Source: Taishania sp.
GTDB lineage: Bacteria; Bacteroidota; Bacteroidia; Flavobacteriales_D; Crocinitomicaceae
Reading direction: 5' to 3'
NCBI GenBank assembly: GCA_030150045.1
Contig: JASLGM010000026.1
Coordinates: 37,182-101,181, forward strand
DNA: 64,000 nt
A model generated the notes under the pieces. That model worked only from the letters and a program-made list of their open reading frames with translations, did no database searches and was not told the DNA's origin. Made by a program: the position numbers and the translations under genes. Below, in pieces: positions 56,693 through 64,000 of the stretch. Each line of letters begins with the position of its first letter. Position 1 is the stretch's first letter.

Positions 56693-57670
56693 ATGCAACA
56701 AAATCATTTTCAATCATACGCAACTACAGCCTTGCGATGGGTTATCGGCTGGACTTATTTTTCCGCTTTTTGGCGTCGATTAATTCTTGAGAACAAATTA
56801 GATCCCGAAGTGGCGGGATATATCGGAGCGAAGTTTAATCACTTTTTACCGAATGCCATTGGTATCAAACCAGTTATCGAATATTTAGTGTCTAACCCTA
56901 CAGAATTGTGGATTTCCATGTGGATTTTCACTATCGTTGAGGCCATCGTTGGATTGTTCCTTATGTTAGGATTGTTCACCCGTGTAATGAGCCTTGGCGT
57001 AATAGGTTTGGCTATGGGGATTTTACTCGGTTCTGGTTGGATAGGAACGACATGTTTGGACGAATGGCAAATTGGAATTTTAGGCGTTGCCGGTGGATTT
57101 ACTTTGTTGCTTTTTGGTCCAGACAGAGCTTCTCTTGATGCGTATTGGGCACGCAAGAAAGGATTGGATTTACAATGTAAGTTTCAAGCAAAACCTTGGT
57201 TTCCGAAAGCAGCTTTGGGTGTTTCAATCGGTATTTTCATTTTGACTTTAGCGACTAACCAAATCTTCCATGGAGGTGTTTGGGGGACATTACACAATAA
57301 ATCTGTTCGACCAATAGTAGAAATTGCAAACGCATCGTTAAAATCTGAAACTTTGAAATTTGAGGTGTACAGAGTAGAAGGCGCGGACGTTTACGGTTCG
57401 TTCTTGATTGGTATTCGTTTGGAAAATACGGATGGAGAAGTTGTATTTGAAAAAACAATGGATGATTTAGCAAACCTTAGCAAAGAAGAGGTGAGCAACC
57501 ATTACGTAGCGAAAGTACAGCCTGGAAAACACAGTTTAATCATTCCGCTTGGAGCGAAGGCAGATCTTATTTTTAAAGAAGAAGGATTGAAATTCTTACC
57601 ACAAGGATCATATAAATTAACTTTAACAGACATTAGTGGTGCGCAATGGCATCAAACAATTGTACGTTAA
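56693..57670 (+). CDS. DoxD-DoxA fusion membrane protein (thiosulfate:quinone oxidoreductase-like)
   Basis: 325 aa. The N-terminal 4-TM DoxD/DoxX-like domain has WVIGWTYFSAFWRR, followed by another TM and a soluble beta-rich C-terminal domain. Confidence 0.75.
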   Translation: MQQNHFQSYATTALRWVIGWTYFSAFWRRLILENKLDPEVAGYIGAKFNHFLPNAIGIKPVIEYLVSNPTELWISMWIFTIVEAIVGLFLMLGLFTRVMSLGVIGLAMGILLGSGWIGTTCLDEWQIGILGVAGGFTLLLFGPDRASLDAYWARKKGLDLQCKFQAKPWFPKAALGVSIGIFILTLATNQIFHGGVWGTLHNKSVRPIVEIANASLKSETLKFEVYRVEGADVYGSFLIGIRLENTDGEVVFEKTMDDLANLSKEEVSNHYVAKVQPGKHSLIIPLGAKADLIFKEEGLKFLPQGSYKLTLTDISGAQWHQTIVR

Positions 57671-57685
57671 TTGACGCGGTAAAAC

Positions 57686-58309
57686 ATGGAATACATAGAT
57701 GAAATTGAGTCTTTTCGGTCTTCACCTGAATTGATTCGAAAATTAAAGGAGAATGGTACCACTAAACAATTAAAAATTGGAGAAGTGCTACTGAGTGAGA
57801 ATGCATACATCAAATCCATTCCAATCGTAATGTCAGGCGCTTTGCGTGTCATACGTACGGAAGAAGATGGCCGTGAAATATTGCTGTATTACATTAAACC
57901 AGGAGAAAGTTGTATTATGTCATTCTTGGGTGGAATTCACAATGACACAAGTAAAGTGAGAGCAGAAGTAGTTGAAGATTCAGAGGTGCTTTTTGTACCT
58001 GTGGACAAAACGTCTGTGCTCATTAAGGAACATCCTGAATGGCTGAATTTTATCTTCCGCTTATATCATCAACGTTTCGAGGAACTCTTGGAAGTAATCA
58101 ATGCGATTGCCTTTAAAAAAGTAGACGAGCGCATGTTGAATTTACTTCAAATGAAGCAAGAATTGACCCAGTCTAATAGTATTTCCATTACCCACGAACA
58201 ATTGGCAAACGAACTAGGTACCGCTCGTGTAGTGGTTTCTAGGTTACTCAAGCAATTAGAAGAAGAAGGGAAAGTGGAGCTCGGGAGAAATAAAATTGTT
58301 TTGAAATAA
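57686..58309 (+). CDS. Crp/Fnr-family transcriptional regulator
   Basis: 207 aa with a cNMP-binding-like beta-roll and the C-terminal HTH ELANELGTARVVVSRLLKQLEEEG. Confidence 0.88.
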   Translation: MEYIDEIESFRSSPELIRKLKENGTTKQLKIGEVLLSENAYIKSIPIVMSGALRVIRTEEDGREILLYYIKPGESCIMSFLGGIHNDTSKVRAEVVEDSEVLFVPVDKTSVLIKEHPEWLNFIFRLYHQRFEELLEVINAIAFKKVDERMLNLLQMKQELTQSNSISITHEQLANELGTARVVVSRLLKQLEEEGKVELGRNKIVLK

Positions 58310-58333
58310 ATAGCTTGCCTAAAGCAAACAAAA

Positions 58334-58361
58334 AAGGATGGGTTTTCCCATCCTTTTTTTT
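58334..58361 (+). terminator. intrinsic terminator after the Crp/Fnr gene
   Basis: AAGGATGGG-TTTT-CCCATCCTT followed by TTTTTTT. Confidence 0.85.
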
Positions 58362-58985
58362 GTTTAACGAAACAACACATCAACAAATTATTATCTATCC
58401 TTAATCTTAAGGAAACACGAATTAACACTTTGGTAAAACGATTTAGCTAAATGCTTGTTATCTTTGTTGTGTATGAAAATCGTAAAGGAAATAATGCGCG
58501 GAGCAGGACAAAAACGGAAGGAAACGAATCAAATTGATGTTCAAGAAGTGATTTCCATTCCTTTTTTCTTTCAACTACAGCGATGCCAGCCCTTTTGTTT
58601 GAATCCTTTTACCGCCAATTTCTTATCGCGATTTTCCTTTCCCCGAATTTCTTATTCAAAAATAGTAGAACCTACTCTACCTTTAGTTAACAGCCAAGAT
58701 CACACCGTTGTCGTATTTCACAAGAATATTTACTTAAAACGTAAAGCATTCCTTGTCGTTCAAAGCCTTCTACTTTTACAATTAACCTCGTTCTATAAGC
58801 GGTTCAAAAAGCAAACGAGCTTACCCGAAACGCAAAATAGGTTATAGTTTAAATCAGCACTGCATCCGTTTTTTCAAGTGTCATCACAAAGAAACACCCT
58901 TGACAATTACCAAATAGATTATCCGTCAAAATGCAGTGAACAATACGACAGCGACTTGGTTTTCTTATGCTTACATTTCTTTTTT

Positions 58986-59138
58986 GGCGTCCATTTCGGT
59001 CTACACGCTTAAGTGAAGCCTAATAAAAACGGTTCACCAGCTGTTTACCACGTGCTTCCGTTGGTCGCAGTGGTAACCTAGCGTTCACACGCTTTTATTA
59101 GGCTCCAGCTATCACGTTTCGACCGGGCCGAAGATCTC
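58986..59138 (+). repeat. Rep-A copy 9
   Basis: GGCGTCCATTTCGGTCTACACGCTTAAGTG-AGCCTAATAAAA..TTACCAC(G)TGC-TTCCGTTGGTC-GCAGTGGTAA..TTTTATTAGGCT-CCAGCTATCACGTTTCGACCGGGCCGAAGATCTC. Confidence 0.92.
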
Positions 59139-59209
59139 ACGAATCAATCAAACGTTCGGTACAAGTGGAGCTTTAATTTACCAAGATTGTTTATCTGAAA
59201 ACAATATTT

Positions 59210-59332
59210 GCGCTAAGGATAGTAGTGGATAGCCCGGAGTTCCTCCCCAACGCATTGGGGAGGAACGAGGACTAAGAACGAATAGCCTGACCCAAGTGCC
59301 TGACCGGAAGGAAAGGTACGCAGGGTAGCGCC
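59210..59332 (+). repeat. Rep-B copy 6
   Basis: GCGCTAAGGATAGTAGTGGATAGC, GTTCCTCCCCA-ACGCAT-TGGGGAGGAAC, ACTAAGAACGAATAGCCTGAC, second hairpin, TAGCGCC. The closing helix is GCGCTA/TAGCGC. Confidence 0.92.
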
Positions 59333-59487
59333 AAAAAAAAAGAAAACAATATCGTAACCGAAAAAAAGAATAGGGTGGAGTTGAACTTAAATGAAAAGGA
59401 ATTACACGCGTAGTGGAGAAAAGAAGAATTAGTTTTCCTAGGTAGCAGTCACGAAGGGTGGCTGAAAAATCACGAATCGAAATCTAT

Positions 59488-59649
59488 TCAACGAAGAGAG
59501 AAACGTTCATCTTCATAATTCACAATCAATTCCGAAAGTTGATCATATTCCTCTTTCGTCGCAACTGAAGCCGGAGCATCAAAAATTTCTTCTAAACGTT
59601 CTACCGCTAAAGTGTAGTCGTTGTCATTGGAAAGTTGTTTAAAATCCAT
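59488..59649 (-). pseudogene. orphan 53-codon ORF resembling only the N-terminal helical part of HigA/XRE-type antitoxins
   Basis: MDFKQLSNDNDYTLAVERLEEIFDAPASVATKEEYDQLSELIVNYEDERFSLR*. The expected HTH domain is absent in all three downstream frames. Too short for the ORF track. Confidence 0.35.
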
Positions 59650-59742
59650 ACCTTTTTTTTAGAGATGATTATTTACTTCTTCGTTCGACCTTAATAATAA
59701 GGTATATACAATTTAATCAAAAAAAAATGAGGTTCAAAAAAA

Positions 59743-59765
59743 CTTGTGTAACAAATGTAACTGTA
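59743..59765 (+). promoter_or_regulatory. conserved 23-nt box upstream of the tauE-like gene
   Basis: CTTGTGTAACAAATGTAACTGTA, ending 42 nt before the ATG. 20 of 23 positions are identical to the box at 60608-60630. Confidence 0.5.
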
Positions 59766-59806
59766 TGTTTTAAAGCTAAAGGTGACATTTGCATTAAATA
59801 AGTTCA

Positions 59807-60589
59807 ATGATTGTAGGATTTACAGCAGCTCTTTTAATAGGCTTAAGTTTAGGAATAATTGGTGGAGGTGGGAGTATATTGACCGTTCCCGTTTTGGTGT
59901 ATTTATTTCATGTAAATGCCATTGAAGCAACTGTTTATTCACTTTTTATTGTCGGTGTTACCAGCTCAATTGGAGCTTTTTCCGCTGCCAAAAAACAAAG
60001 GGTTGATTTCCAAAAAGTAATTTATTTTGGACTTCCATCTGTGGTTGGTGTTTACCTTGCTCGGTATTTTTTATTGCCCTTATTACCAGCAGAAATCCCA
60101 TTGCTTTTTAATGTGTCAATCAGAAAAGAAAAGTTGATGATGTTCTCTTTTGCACTGTTAATGCTCTTTGCAGCTTATCACATGTTACGACCTCAAAAAG
60201 CGGAATCGACTGCGCAAAAAACAAATGTATCTCAATTGCTATTTCAAGGATTAGGAATCGGAATGATTACCGGATTTATTGGTGCCGGTGGAGGGTTTTT
60301 AATCATTCCAGTGTTAGTGGGAATGTTAAAGCTCCCTATGAAAAAGGCCATCGGAACTTCCTTGGTGATTATTTCCATTAATTCTCTCTTTGGATTTCTT
60401 GCCGGAATGGGACAAGTAGAAACCCTAAATTGGATCTTCTTACTTCAATTTTCAGGCTTAGCCATTATTGGAATCTTAATTGGTGGAAGATTATCTAATA
60501 ATGTGGATGGTGCACGACTAAAACCGGCTTTCGGATGGTTCATTTTATGTGTTGGAATTGCCATAGTAGGGTTAGAAATTTGGAGATAA
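59807..60589 (+). CDS. sulfite exporter TauE/SafE-family membrane protein
   Basis: 260 aa with about 8 TM segments and duplicated GGGGS/GAGGG-type motifs (IGGGGSILTVPVL, GAGGGFLIIPVL). Confidence 0.88.
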   Translation: MIVGFTAALLIGLSLGIIGGGGSILTVPVLVYLFHVNAIEATVYSLFIVGVTSSIGAFSAAKKQRVDFQKVIYFGLPSVVGVYLARYFLLPLLPAEIPLLFNVSIRKEKLMMFSFALLMLFAAYHMLRPQKAESTAQKTNVSQLLFQGLGIGMITGFIGAGGGFLIIPVLVGMLKLPMKKAIGTSLVIISINSLFGFLAGMGQVETLNWIFLLQFSGLAIIGILIGGRLSNNVDGARLKPAFGWFILCVGIAIVGLEIWR

Positions 60590-60607
60590 GGAAATAAATG
60601 TTTTTCG

Positions 60608-60630
60608 CTTGTGTAACATAAGTGACTGTA
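60608..60630 (+). promoter_or_regulatory. conserved 23-nt box upstream of the MBL-rhodanese gene
   Basis: CTTGTGTAACATAAGTGACTGTA, ending 41 nt before the ATG. Confidence 0.5.
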
Positions 60631-60670
60631 CAGTAAATAGTAAAGTAGGATATTTGTTAAAAATAAAGAT

Positions 60671-62080
60671 ATGAAAGTAGAACAGATTTATACCGGATGT
60701 TTGGCGCAAGGAGCGTACTACATTGTTTCAAATGGAGAAGCAGCAATCATTGATCCGTTGAGAGAATCTCAACCCTATTTGGATCGATTGGCAAAAGATA
60801 ACGTTACCCTAAAATATATTTTTGAAACCCATTTTCATGCGGATTTTGTTTCCGGACATTGGGATTTAGCATCCAAAACGGGGGCGCCAATTGTTTACGG
60901 ACCAAATGCTACAACAGACCAAAAAGTGACTGTTGCGGAAGATGGAGCGGTTTTTAAAATCGGGAATGCAAGTATTAAGGTAATTCACACACCTGGGCAT
61001 ACCATGGAAAGTACGTGTTTCTTGTTGTTGGACGAAGAAGGGAAAGAAACCGCTTTGTTTTCAGGTGACACCTTATTTTTAGGTGATGTCGGACGACCTG
61101 ATTTAGCACAAAAGGCAACTGGAATGACGCAAGCGGAATTGGCAGGACATTTATACGACAGTTTGTACACTAAAATATTGCCTTTACCAGATTATGTTAC
61201 CGTTTATCCTGGACATGGAGCGGGGTCAGCATGTGGGAAAAACATGATGAAAGAAACCGTTGACAGCTTAGGGAATCAAAAGAAAATGAATTATGCGCTG
61301 AATCAACCTTCCAAAGAAGCATTTATTGAAGCGGTAACAGATGGATTAACGCCTCCGCCAGCGTATTTTGGAATGAACGTAGCCATGAATAAAAAAGGAT
61401 ATGAAGATTTTGAAATCGTTAAAGGTAAAGGAATGAACGCCTTGTCTCCTTCTGACTTCCAAACGATACAAGAGCAACACGATGCCTTGATTTTAGACAC
61501 GAGAAGCAGCGGAGAGTTTAGTCAAGGATACATTCCCGGAGCAATTAATATTGGATTAAAAGGCGATTTTGCTCCTTGGGTCGGAACCATGCTAATTGAC
61601 GTGAAACAGCCTTTGTTATTGGTTGTTGATCAAGGAATGGAGGAAGAAGCTGTGACTCGTTTGGCGCGTGTAGGGTTTGATAATGTACTTGGTTTCTTAA
61701 ACAATGGCATGAATGCTTGGAAAGAAGAACATTTACCCATAGAACGCATCAACCGTATTTCAGCTGAAACTTTCGAGAAAACAGTTGATTTAGCGAAGGA
61801 TAAAATCATCGATTTAAGAAAAGAAAGCGAATATCAGGCACAACATTTACAAGAAGCATTCAACCGACCGTTAGCGGAAATAAACGATTGGATTTCAAGT
61901 CTTGGAAACGAACATTTCTTCATGCACTGCGCTGGGGGATATAGAAGTATGATCGCAGCAAGTATTTTGCATGCACGAGGCATTCGAAATTTCACAGAAG
62001 TAGATGGTGGATTTTCCGCAATTGCCAACACTCAACTGCCAACCACAGATTTTATGTGTACCAGTAAAACGACTTTTTAA
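60671..62080 (+). CDS. MBL-fold hydrolase fused to two rhodanese domains (CstB-like persulfide dioxygenase-sulfurtransferase)
   Basis: 469 aa with metallo-beta-lactamase motif THFHADFVSG and HTPGHT, followed by two rhodanese modules. The last one has catalytic loop HCAGGYRS. Confidence 0.88.
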   Translation: MKVEQIYTGCLAQGAYYIVSNGEAAIIDPLRESQPYLDRLAKDNVTLKYIFETHFHADFVSGHWDLASKTGAPIVYGPNATTDQKVTVAEDGAVFKIGNASIKVIHTPGHTMESTCFLLLDEEGKETALFSGDTLFLGDVGRPDLAQKATGMTQAELAGHLYDSLYTKILPLPDYVTVYPGHGAGSACGKNMMKETVDSLGNQKKMNYALNQPSKEAFIEAVTDGLTPPPAYFGMNVAMNKKGYEDFEIVKGKGMNALSPSDFQTIQEQHDALILDTRSSGEFSQGYIPGAINIGLKGDFAPWVGTMLIDVKQPLLLVVDQGMEEEAVTRLARVGFDNVLGFLNNGMNAWKEEHLPIERINRISAETFEKTVDLAKDKIIDLRKESEYQAQHLQEAFNRPLAEINDWISSLGNEHFFMHCAGGYRSMIAASILHARGIRNFTEVDGGFSAIANTQLPTTDFMCTSKTTF

Positions 62081-62103
62081 TCCTTTTACGGAATAGTCAA
62101 GGG

Positions 62104-62134
62104 AAAGACGCTGTATTTTTACGGCGTCTTTTTT
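62104..62134 (+). terminator. intrinsic terminator of the MBL-rhodanese gene
   Basis: AAAGACGCTG..CGGCGTCTTT followed by TTTT. Confidence 0.75.
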
Positions 62135-62247
62135 GTTTAGAGATAAAATGTGAGAAATAATCACTAAAATAGTACTAGTTTAAGAGTAAATTGAAGCACT
62201 TATTGACGACAATATGCTGTGGATAAATCAATAATAAAGGAAATTAA

Positions 62248-62910
62248 ATGAAGGCGGTACTTATCGGAGCAACAGGAGCGACAGGCGTTGAATTATTAAA
62301 GTCATTAATTGCAGATGCAAGTATTTCAGAAGTGGTTGCCCTTGTGCGCAGACCGCTTAATAGTCAGCATGGAAAAGTGAAGGAAGTCCTTGTTGATTTT
62401 GATAATTTAGAACACTGGAAACATGAAATTACAGGTGATTTGGCGTTTTCATGTTTAGGGACTACGTTAAAAGCCGCAGGAAGCAAAGCCGCACAATATC
62501 GCGTAGATTTCGATTATCAATATGATTTTGCAAGGTTGGCGAAAGATAATCAGATTCCAACATTTGTTCTTGTTTCATCGGCTTCTGCGCATCCAAAATC
62601 TATGTTTTTTTATTCTAAAATCAAAGGCGAGCTTGAACAGGCGATTACGGCGTTGACCTTCGAGCATTTTGCGATTTTTAGACCTGGACCTTTAGTGCGT
62701 GAAAATACCGATCGAAAAGGAGAGAAAATTACAATTATTATCGCAAATACCTTTAATAAAATGGGTTTGTTGAAAGGATTTACGCCTTTACACGTAAGTG
62801 ATTTAGCTAATTTGATGCTCAAAAAAGGGAAAGAGGTAAAGGATAAAAAGGTCATTTTGGAATCCAAACAAATTCTTTTAGAAGTAAAGCGATTAAAGGA
62901 AAGTAAATAG
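62248..62910 (+). CDS. NAD(P)H-binding atypical SDR-family protein
   Basis: 220 aa with the N-terminal Rossmann motif VLIGATGATGVELLK. Confidence 0.8.
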   Translation: MKAVLIGATGATGVELLKSLIADASISEVVALVRRPLNSQHGKVKEVLVDFDNLEHWKHEITGDLAFSCLGTTLKAAGSKAAQYRVDFDYQYDFARLAKDNQIPTFVLVSSASAHPKSMFFYSKIKGELEQAITALTFEHFAIFRPGPLVRENTDRKGEKITIIIANTFNKMGLLKGFTPLHVSDLANLMLKKGKEVKDKKVILESKQILLEVKRLKESK

Positions 62911-62936
62911 CTGTATTAAGTTTCTCTTTTTTTTTT

Positions 62937-63082
62937 GGCAGCCCATTCGGTCTACGCGTTTTAGTAAAGTTGTAAAATGCCATTCACACACCTGTTGGCA
63001 ACGTGCTTCCTTTGGTCGCAGTTGCCAAATGGTGTTCATAGGCTTTTTACTTCCTTTAGCTATCACCGCTCCGCCCTGGCTG
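62937..63082 (+). repeat. Rep-A copy 10
   Basis: GGCAGCCCATTCGGTCTACGCGTTTTAGTAAA..TTGGCAAC(G)TGC-TTCCTTTGGTC-GCAGTTGCCAA..CTTTAGCTATCACCGCTCCGCCCTGGCTG. It starts right after a 10-nt T-run. Confidence 0.92.
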
Positions 63083-63107
63083 AACTGATTCTTGAAAACG
63101 GATTCTC

Positions 63108-63214
63108 GCGTTAGGGATAAAAGCGGCATCCTTCTTCTCCAAGTAAACTTGGGGGAGAAGATATAGCGAATAGCCCGACGCCTTACTCAAGACTTTGAGG
63201 AAGGAGAAACGCCC
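63108..63214 (+). repeat. Rep-B copy 7
   Basis: GCGTTAGGGATAAAAGCGGCATCC, TCTTCTCC..GGAGAAGA, TATAGCGAATAGCCCGAC, CCTTACTCAA-GAC-TTGAGGAAGG, AGAAACGCCC. Confidence 0.9.
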
Positions 63215-63234
63215 AAAAACGAATTTTCAGACAT

Positions 63235-63263
63235 AAAAAAAAGGCCATCAGAAAGATGACCTT
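63235..63263 (-). terminator. intrinsic terminator of 63283-63960
   Basis: AAGGCCATC..GATGACCTT with a T-run on the minus strand. Confidence 0.7.
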
Positions 63264-63282
63264 AAATGATTGGCTTTCAAGA

Positions 63283-63960
63283 TTATTCTCTTGATTTTGC
63301 CCATTCGTTATATTCTCGGATGACTTCGAATAGATTGAAAAATGTATATCCTTTTTCTTTATTTACAACTTTTTGAGTTAAAGCTTCGTTGTCGCCAATA
63401 TAAGCAGGCATTTTTTTGACAAAAGAGAGACCAAGCATACTGAAATCAATCGGATCAACATTTGGTTTTGCAACAATTAGGTTAATTGTAAATCGTCTTG
63501 CGTCATAATTTTCTGTTGTTTCTTCCATTCCACGACGAACAGTTGAGTAATTGTCTTTGGTTGCATACCATTCGTATAAACGGATTTCACCGTCTTCGAC
63601 TACTAAGTTGAAGTTATTTTTCTTAAATAATCCGCCGCTATATGCAATTGATTCATATACTTTACCAGCAACCATATAGCCCTTTATGTCTGACGGTCCG
63701 TATTTAGCAATTGGTTTTTTATCTGTTTCATTGGTGAAGAAAGCGACGTTGTTTTGGTTGCTTGCTCCAATTCCCCCAATAGCACAGCGATTGTCAGCTT
63801 TAATAAATCCGTGTAGGGTATCGCCTTTTGCTTGGATAATGTAGCCTGGGTATATTTTTCCAACGGAATAAACATTGTGGTCCCAATTGGCTCTAGAAAT
63901 GTCTTGTGCAAAAGCAGAAAACAGTAAAATAGAAGAGGCTAAAGAAGCTAAAATTTTCAT
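63283..63960 (-). CDS. hypothetical secreted protein
   Basis: 225 aa with signal MKILASLASSILLFSAFAQ and no recognisable motif. Confidence 0.65.
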   Translation of the reverse strand: MKILASLASSILLFSAFAQDISRANWDHNVYSVGKIYPGYIIQAKGDTLHGFIKADNRCAIGGIGASNQNNVAFFTNETDKKPIAKYGPSDIKGYMVAGKVYESIAYSGGLFKKNNFNLVVEDGEIRLYEWYATKDNYSTVRRGMEETTENYDARRFTINLIVAKPNVDPIDFSMLGLSFVKKMPAYIGDNEALTQKVVNKEKGYTFFNLFEVIREYNEWAKSRE

Positions 63961-64000
63961 AAAAGTAGATTTTAGTGGTAAATTAAGAAAAAAATAGTTT

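Noticed and set aside
58455-58847. A 130-aa + strand ORF in the large gap after the Crp/Fnr gene.
   Set aside because: It has a non-ATG start and an odd composition (F/L/Q/R-rich with no domain-like pattern). No motif is recognisable, so I treat it as non-coding.
59291-59325. SRP-RNA-like motif CCTGACCGGAAGGAAAGG in the second hairpin of one Rep-B copy.
   Set aside because: It resembles the GGAA-tetraloop region of 4.5S/SRP RNA, but it occurs in only one of seven copies. The other copies have unrelated sequence at that position, so this is probably coincidence.
10677-63214. A CRISPR array or other regularly spaced repeat array.
   Set aside because: The repeats are 100-170 nt long, internally structured, scattered on both strands and separated by whole genes. 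There is no short direct repeat with uniform spacers, and no cas genes.
1-64000. Prophage, IS, transposase or integrase genes, and tRNA or rRNA genes.
   Set aside because: No ORF shows transposase, integrase, capsid or terminase motifs. I saw no tRNA-like T-loop or acceptor pattern, and no rRNA-like sequence, in the intergenic regions. The tRNA check was by eye only.

Overview
This looks like a chromosomal window from a low-GC Bacteroidota genome, most likely Flavobacteriia. The evidence is T9SS type-A and type-B C-terminal sorting domains, SprB repeats, a fused E1 alpha/beta 2-oxoacid dehydrogenase, an HMA-AraC/CopA/CopZ locus and FSQ/FAQ-type signal peptides. I call about 52 protein genes. 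I saw no rRNA, tRNA, CRISPR, transposase, integrase or phage genes.

Gene content from left to right:
- a czc-like efflux operon (RR, HK, TolC, adaptor; the pump lies off-window)
- a polytopic membrane protein, an acyl-CoA ligase and a second OmpR-type two-component pair
- a rhodanese-thioredoxin fusion, cutC and a nucleoside phosphorylase
- three tandem paralogous ~900-aa T9SS type-B adhesin-like genes, two of them preceded by a paralogous 121-aa secreted protein
- a housekeeping block (E1 dehydrogenase, LolA-like, ung, hemE, OmpA-family)
- a copper locus and a tripartite RND efflux operon
- a lipoprotein that ends in a Hint (Hedgehog/intein) domain
- a MutS2-like ATPase without Smr, pirin and an alkB-ada pair
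- a sulfur-compound cluster (DoxD-DoxA fusion, Crp/Fnr regulator, TauE, MBL-rhodanese)

The most unusual signal is non-coding. Almost every long intergenic gap carries copies of two GC-rich structured repeat families, Rep-A (10 copies) and Rep-B (7 copies). Their stems covary between copies while the loops and junctions stay invariant. They occur as co-oriented A-then-B composites, as inverted A/A pairs, and as near-identical direct copies bracketing the Hint-domain gene. Two paralogous units, each a sigma-54-type promoter followed by a terminator (candidate sRNAs), flank one composite.

All functional names come from motif recognition by eye. No database searches were run.
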